Source: Candidatus Cloacimonadales bacterium (GTDB taxonomy: Bacteria; Cloacimonadota; Cloacimonadia; Cloacimonadales; JAIOQZ01). From it: a stretch of 64,000 nt of DNA. The translations under genes were made by a program, and so were the position numbers. Shown here piece after piece: positions 59,612 through 64,000 of this stretch; position 1 is the stretch's first letter; every line of letters starts with the position of its first letter. The stretch is from the NCBI GenBank assembly GCA_963674825.1, contig OY771587.1, forward strand, positions 896,001 to 960,000, written 5' to 3'. Below the pieces are notes generated by a model. The model did not search any database and was not told the origin of the DNA. It saw only the letters and a list, made by a program, of their open reading frames with translations.

Positions 59612-60110
59612 CTGGGTACGCGGAGCTCCAGCTCGGCATTTCGCCCCATGGAACGCGGACGTCCTCGTCCGCATCCCTACTCCCTGTTTCGAACTAATGA
59701 ACATGTAAATTTACCCTCCTCGCATACTGCGAGAAGGGTAGTGTTTTACTTCTCTTTATTAATCATAATGCTAATATTCATACAACAATCCAGAACAATA
59801 CAGTATATTGCTTCATATTCTGGAATTATTGGCAAATATCTTGCACAAATGGGATAAAGAACCAAAGAAATGATTTCCTATAATGATTTCATATCCTCTC
59901 CTATTTATTATTTGGCTTAACGCCATGTCATGCTATTATAAAGCTCTGAGAAAAAAAATTCAGAAAAAACATTTTTTTTCAAAATGAATTGTTGATATTG
60001 CAAAACCTACGAAGAACATGCAGACGAGGATGAGGGATTCGAATTTGCATGCAAATTCACAGACGTCCGCGTTCCATAAGAGAAGGGCAGGCACAGTGAC
60101 CTGCCCCTAC
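59612..60110. repeat. Cluster of REP-like palindromes around an AT-rich insert
   Basis: 59612-59639; 59648-59674; an inverted interrupted copy at 60018-60077; GTAG REP at 60085-60110. Confidence 0.65.
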
Positions 60111-60210
60111 AGCCCATTCCAGGTACTCAGATGTCTTGTAGGTTTGGAACAAAACCTGGAATCTTCAACGGTCTGCATTCCCCCATGGAACGCATAAATC
60201 TCTACTCAAT

Positions 60211-60240
60211 AAAAAAAACGGATCCCGATTTGGGATCCGT
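60211..60240 (-). terminator. Intrinsic terminator after glnS
   Basis: ACGGATCCCA-AAT-CGGGATCCGT plus T-run. Confidence 0.8.
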
Positions 60241-60264
60241 CGTTGTATGTGAAGCTTTAGTTTA

Positions 60265-61935
60265 TTACTTCGTCGACTTCATGATCTTCGCGAAGCTGTC
60301 GCGAAGCGGCACGGTACGGTTGATGACAACGTGCTCGTCGGTGGTATCGGGATCGACATAGAAGTAGCCTTGTCTGAGGAACTGGAAATGCGTCCCGGGT
60401 TTGGCTTCCTTCAGGGACGGCTCGCCCTTGGCCGTGATAGTGACCAACGACTCGGGATTGAGTATCTCGTGGAAGTCGCTGTATTCGGCGGGGTTTTCCA
60501 CCGTGAAGAGGTGGTCGTAGAGCCGTACTTCGATGTCTTCCGCATGCTTTGCAGAGACCCAGTGCGAGGTGCCCTTGACCTTGCGTCCGTCTTCGGTCCA
60601 TCCACCGCGTGAATTGGGATCGTAAGTGCAGTGGATTTCGGTGATGTTGCCGTCTTCATCCGTCTCGTAGCCTGTACAGGTGACGTAGTAGGCGTGTTTG
60701 AGACGAATCTCGGCACCGGGTGAAAGGCGGAAGAATTTCTTGGGCGGATCGATCATGAAATCTTCCCTCTCGATGTAGAGCTCACGGCTGAACGGAATCT
60801 TCCGTGTGCCGGCATTCTCGTCCTCGGGATTGTTCTCCGCGTCAAACCACTCTTCCTGATCTTCCGGGTAGTTAGTGACGATCACCTTGACCGGATCGAT
60901 CACGGCCATCACGCGAGCGGCACGCTTGTTGAGATCTTCGCGAAGACAGAAGAAAAGCAGGCTGATATCAGCAGTGCTATTACTCTTGGCCATACCGATT
61001 CGATCGCTGAATTCGCGGATCGATTCGGAAGTAAAACCACGACGACGTAATCCCGCAATCGTAGGCATGCGAGGATCATCCCATCCATTCACAATCTTTT
61101 CCGTAACCAGCGCGAGAAGCTTACGCTTGCTCATGATGGTGTAGTTGATATTGAGTCTTGCGAATTCAATCTGCTGCGGGTGACTTGGCACCGGAAGCTG
61201 ATCCAGGAACCAGTCGTACAGCGGCCTGTGATCTTCGAACTCGAGTGTGCAAAGTGAGTGAGTGATCTTCTCCAGGGCGTCCGACATGCAGTGTGTATAG
61301 TCATACATCGGATAGATGCACCATTTGTCACCCGTGCGGTGATGATGTGCCTTGCGGATGCGATAGACGACTGGATCGCGCATGTTCAGATTAGGCGAAG
61401 CCATATCGATCTTGGCGCGCAGGGTAAGGGTTCCTTCTTCGTGCTTACCGTCTTTCATCTCCTGGAAGAGCGCAAGGCTTTCCTCGATAGGGCGGTTTCG
61501 GAAGGGGCTTTCCTTGCCGGGTTCCGTGAGCGTGCCGCGGAGTTCCCTGATTTGATCAGGCGTGAGTTCATCCACGAAAGCCTTACCATCTTTGATGAGC
61601 TGCACGGCGTATTCGTAGAGTGCGTCGAAGTAGTCGGACGCGAAATAAAGGCGGTCTTCCCAGTCGAATCCCAGCCAGTGGATATCTTCCATAATCGAAT
61701 CAACGTACTCGACATCTTCTTTAGTCGGGTTGGTGTCGTCGAAACGGAGGTTGCAAGTGCCTTTGTAATCACGGGCAATGCCGAAATTGAGGCAGATCGA
61801 TTTTGCGTGGCCGATGTGGATATAGCCATTCGGCTCCGGCGGGAAACGGGTCGCAACGCGATCACCGTTCTTGCCGGTTTCCAGATCGTGGTCTATGATA
61901 TTTCGAATGAAATTGGATTTTGTTTCTTCGCTCAT
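60265..61935 (-). CDS. glnS: Glutaminyl-tRNA synthetase
   Basis: [32 protein letters not shown]. Confidence 0.97.
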   Translation of the reverse strand: MSEETKSNFIRNIIDHDLETGKNGDRVATRFPPEPNGYIHIGHAKSICLNFGIARDYKGTCNLRFDDTNPTKEDVEYVDSIMEDIHWLGFDWEDRLYFASDYFDALYEYAVQLIKDGKAFVDELTPDQIRELRGTLTEPGKESPFRNRPIEESLALFQEMKDGKHEEGTLTLRAKIDMASPNLNMRDPVVYRIRKAHHHRTGDKWCIYPMYDYTHCMSDALEKITHSLCTLEFEDHRPLYDWFLDQLPVPSHPQQIEFARLNINYTIMSKRKLLALVTEKIVNGWDDPRMPTIAGLRRRGFTSESIREFSDRIGMAKSNSTADISLLFFCLREDLNKRAARVMAVIDPVKVIVTNYPEDQEEWFDAENNPEDENAGTRKIPFSRELYIEREDFMIDPPKKFFRLSPGAEIRLKHAYYVTCTGYETDEDGNITEIHCTYDPNSRGGWTEDGRKVKGTSHWVSAKHAEDIEVRLYDHLFTVENPAEYSDFHEILNPESLVTITAKGEPSLKEAKPGTHFQFLRQGYFYVDPDTTDEHVVINRTVPLRDSFAKIMKSTK

Positions 61936-61942
61936 TGTTACC

Positions 61943-62845
61943 TCACCATGGAAATTGATCGTCGATGCGCACGGATTTCATTTCCATGTCGTGCCCAAGA
62001 AAAAGCAGTCCGTTCACTGGGCGCAGTTCATCGAGGATCATGCGTTTATAGCGGTACGACCTTGTCCGGTCAACTTCGTAAGCGGAGGTGACCGATGGCC
62101 GCAGATGTTCTTTATGCGGGAAGATGTCGCCGCCGTAATAGGCAAGCTCACCTTCGCTCTCGATACGGACAACCTGGAATCCGTTGGAGTGACCACCAGC
62201 CAGGATCAGCCTGATCTCCGGAGTGAGGTTCACATCGCCGTTGACCAGTCGAAACATCTCGCTTGCTTCAAGCAGGCTGAGCTGATGGTCGAACTGATAG
62301 GCGGATTCGTTGAGTTCGTCCGGGTGACGTGCGGTACTCCACTCGATCTCCTGGATGTAGTGAATGGCATTGGGAAAAGTCAGCTCATCGCCACTGCCAA
62401 AATCACTAACAACGCCTCCCGCGTGGTCAAAGTGTAAATGGGTCAGGATCACGCCGTCGATGTCCTCTCGCTTGTAGCCGACTCGTTCGAGGTTCTCGAC
62501 CAGAGTGAACTCGGATGCACGGTAGATCTTTTTCTCTTTATCGCTGATGCGATTGCCCAGTCCGGTATCGATGAGGAAAACCTTATCACCGGTTTCGAGC
62601 AGCACCAGGCTGAAATCCATTTGAATGCGGTGCTTTTCGTCGGTAAATACGCTTCTTTCCCATATGGCGCGCGGGAAAATTCCCATCGCTGCGCCACCGT
62701 CCGACCAGAAATGTCCGCCGGAGAGCGTCCTACTCTTTATCTTCCCGATTGTTGTTGTTTCGGTTATTGGTGCGGGTTCCGCCGCTATTGTTGTTTTCAC
62801 CGTTGTTGGGGCGGCGTGGCCGTCTTCTTCTGCGCGGCTTGGCAT
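61943..62845 (-). CDS. Metallo-beta-lactamase fold hydrolase (YtnP-like)
   Basis: [29 protein letters not shown]; probable ATG at 62845 after GGAGG. Confidence 0.88.
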   Translation of the reverse strand: MPSRAEEDGHAAPTTVKTTIAAEPAPITETTTIGKIKSRTLSGGHFWSDGGAAMGIFPRAIWERSVFTDEKHRIQMDFSLVLLETGDKVFLIDTGLGNRISDKEKKIYRASEFTLVENLERVGYKREDIDGVILTHLHFDHAGGVVSDFGSGDELTFPNAIHYIQEIEWSTARHPDELNESAYQFDHQLSLLEASEMFRLVNGDVNLTPEIRLILAGGHSNGFQVVRIESEGELAYYGGDIFPHKEHLRPSVTSAYEVDRTRSYRYKRMILDELRPVNGLLFLGHDMEMKSVRIDDQFPW

Positions 62846-63542
62846 TGGGTCTTCCTCCGTCTTTTTCAGCGTCTCTCGGAGCGACGTTGTTGTTATTTGA
62901 TGCAGCCAGCTTCTCTTCGGAGTCGGGCATGACAACGACGCGTTTTTTGTCGCCTTTTCCAACTGTCATGGTGCGAAGAGTCTTGTCCTTTTCGATATAA
63001 CGGTGGATGATCTTCCGATCTGTAGCACGCATAGGGTCGAATGTAAAGCTTTTATTGCGCTGTTTCACCTTTTCGGCTACATTGCGCGCTTTGCCGAGAA
63101 TCTGCTTCTCGTGATTTTTGCGATAACCCTCGCAATCCACTACAACCTGAATATCCTCGATGCCCTTATTGAGCAGCATACGGTTTGCCAGATGCTGGAT
63201 ACTGTTCAGCAGTTTGCCATCTTTGCCGATGACGAATCCCTTCTCTTTAACGCCTACCAGATCGATAATCACGGTGTCGTTCTTTTTCTCGGATGTGACT
63301 TTCTCAAAATCGACACCCATCTGATTGAGAAGCTCTTCGATGAACGACTTGATTCCTTCGTCGTCGCCCTGCTGAAGCATGAAATTGATAACAACCGGCT
63401 TTGCGCCGAAAAGATTGAAGAAGCCGTTGGAACCTTTATCGACGATTTCGTAGTTAAACTGGTTCCGTTTCAGGTTGAACTCTTTCATGAAGCCTGTCAC
63501 GACTTCAAATTCAGATTTTCCCTCTCGTTTGATTATCTTCAT
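62730..63542 (-). CDS. jag: Jag/KhpB (EloR) RNA-binding protein
   Basis: Jag-N, KH (VIGKDG), R3H (RKIIH); follows yidC. Confidence 0.9.
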   Translation of the reverse strand: MKIIKREGKSEFEVVTGFMKEFNLKRNQFNYEIVDKGSNGFFNLFGAKPVVINFMLQQGDDEGIKSFIEELLNQMGVDFEKVTSEKKNDTVIIDLVGVKEKGFVIGKDGKLLNSIQHLANRMLLNKGIEDIQVVVDCEGYRKNHEKQILGKARNVAEKVKQRNKSFTFDPMRATDRKIIHRYIEKDKTLRTMTVGKGDKKRVVVMPDSEEKLAASNNNNVAPRDAEKDGGRPNAKPRRRRRPRRPNNGENNNSGGTRTNNRNNNNREDKE

Positions 63543-63648
63543 TGTAAAAAACCTCGATTAAAAAATTACTGTTTCAGTAACTGCTCTCACCCATAGGAGG
63601 CAAAAAACATTCAAGTGAATTTCGCCTCGTATGGGTAAGAATTGTTGA

Positions 63649-64000
63649 TCAGTTTTGAGCAGCAGCTTTCTTGCGCTTGCCCATGATGTACATCTGGCCG
63701 ATGGACAGGATGTTGAAGATCGTCCAGTAGAGTACAAGACCGGATGAAAGTCCGGCAAAGATCCACACCATCATCACAGGCATGACATAAAGCATCATTT
63801 TCTGTGTCTGTGCGGCGGCTTTTTGCTGGTCATCCATGCTATCGGAGCTCTGCGTTTGCGGACTCATCATCTTCTGCTGTACAAACATGAACACACCCAT
63901 CAGGATGGGCAGCACGTAGTACGGATCCGGTGCCGAAAGGTCGTTCAGCCAGAAGAAGAAATTCGCCTGACGAAGCTCGATCGAATAGCGCAAAGCCGGA
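63649..64000 (-). CDS. yidC: Membrane protein insertase YidC, C-terminal part
   Basis: SIELRQA.F.WLNDLSAPDP, SGLVLYW; runs off the window edge. Confidence 0.95.
   Translation of the reverse strand, partial: PALRYSIELRQANFFFWLNDLSAPDPYYVLPILMGVFMFVQQKMMSPQTQSSDSMDDQQKAAAQTQKMMLYVMPVMMVWIFAGLSSGLVLYWTIFNILSIGQMYIMGKRKKAAAQN

Noticed and set aside
59878..59880. TAG read-through (pyrrolysine or recoding) in the mini-ORF
   Set aside because: TAG ends ordinary genes in this window (secE, tuf, jag), and no pyl genes are seen

Overview
Core chromosomal region of a diderm bacterium. I infer the FCB superphylum, possibly Cloacimonadota-like, from YPNPFNP-type C-terminal domains, a bS22-like peptide and lipoprotein style; no database search was run. 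1-11.1 kb (minus strand) is the tRNA(Thr,Tyr,Gly,Thr)-tuf-rpmG-tRNA(Trp)-secE-nusG-rplK-rplA-rplJ-rplL-rpoB-rpoC cluster. 11.4-23.8 kb is a signalling block with four histidine kinases, two sigma54-type response regulators and a degenerate pseudokinase behind a sigma54 promoter, plus HU and bS22. Next come rpmB, a DUF355-thpR-recA-recX operon, pepA, a flavoprotein, tRNA-Phe and rsmI. The best candidate for an undescribed system is at 33.1-43.2 kb: SDR-type threonine dehydrogenase, AcpS, AMP-forming acetate ligase, a stand-alone carrier protein, Kbl-like glycine C-acetyltransferase and an OFA-family MFS transporter. This suggests a carrier-protein-dependent acetate/glycine/threonine pathway, split by a tandem array of five paralogous lipoproteins. 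The rest holds two secreted proteins with FlgD/T9SS-like C-terminal domains (one frameshifted), lolC/E-lolD, a TamB-like gene, an Ldh2-family dehydrogenase, fur-feoA-feoC without feoB, DUF192, miaB, an antiporter-EIIA fusion, glnS, an MBL hydrolase overlapping jag, and partial yidC. Several REP-like palindrome families occur in intergenic spaces. I saw no CRISPR array, rRNA, integrase or transposase.
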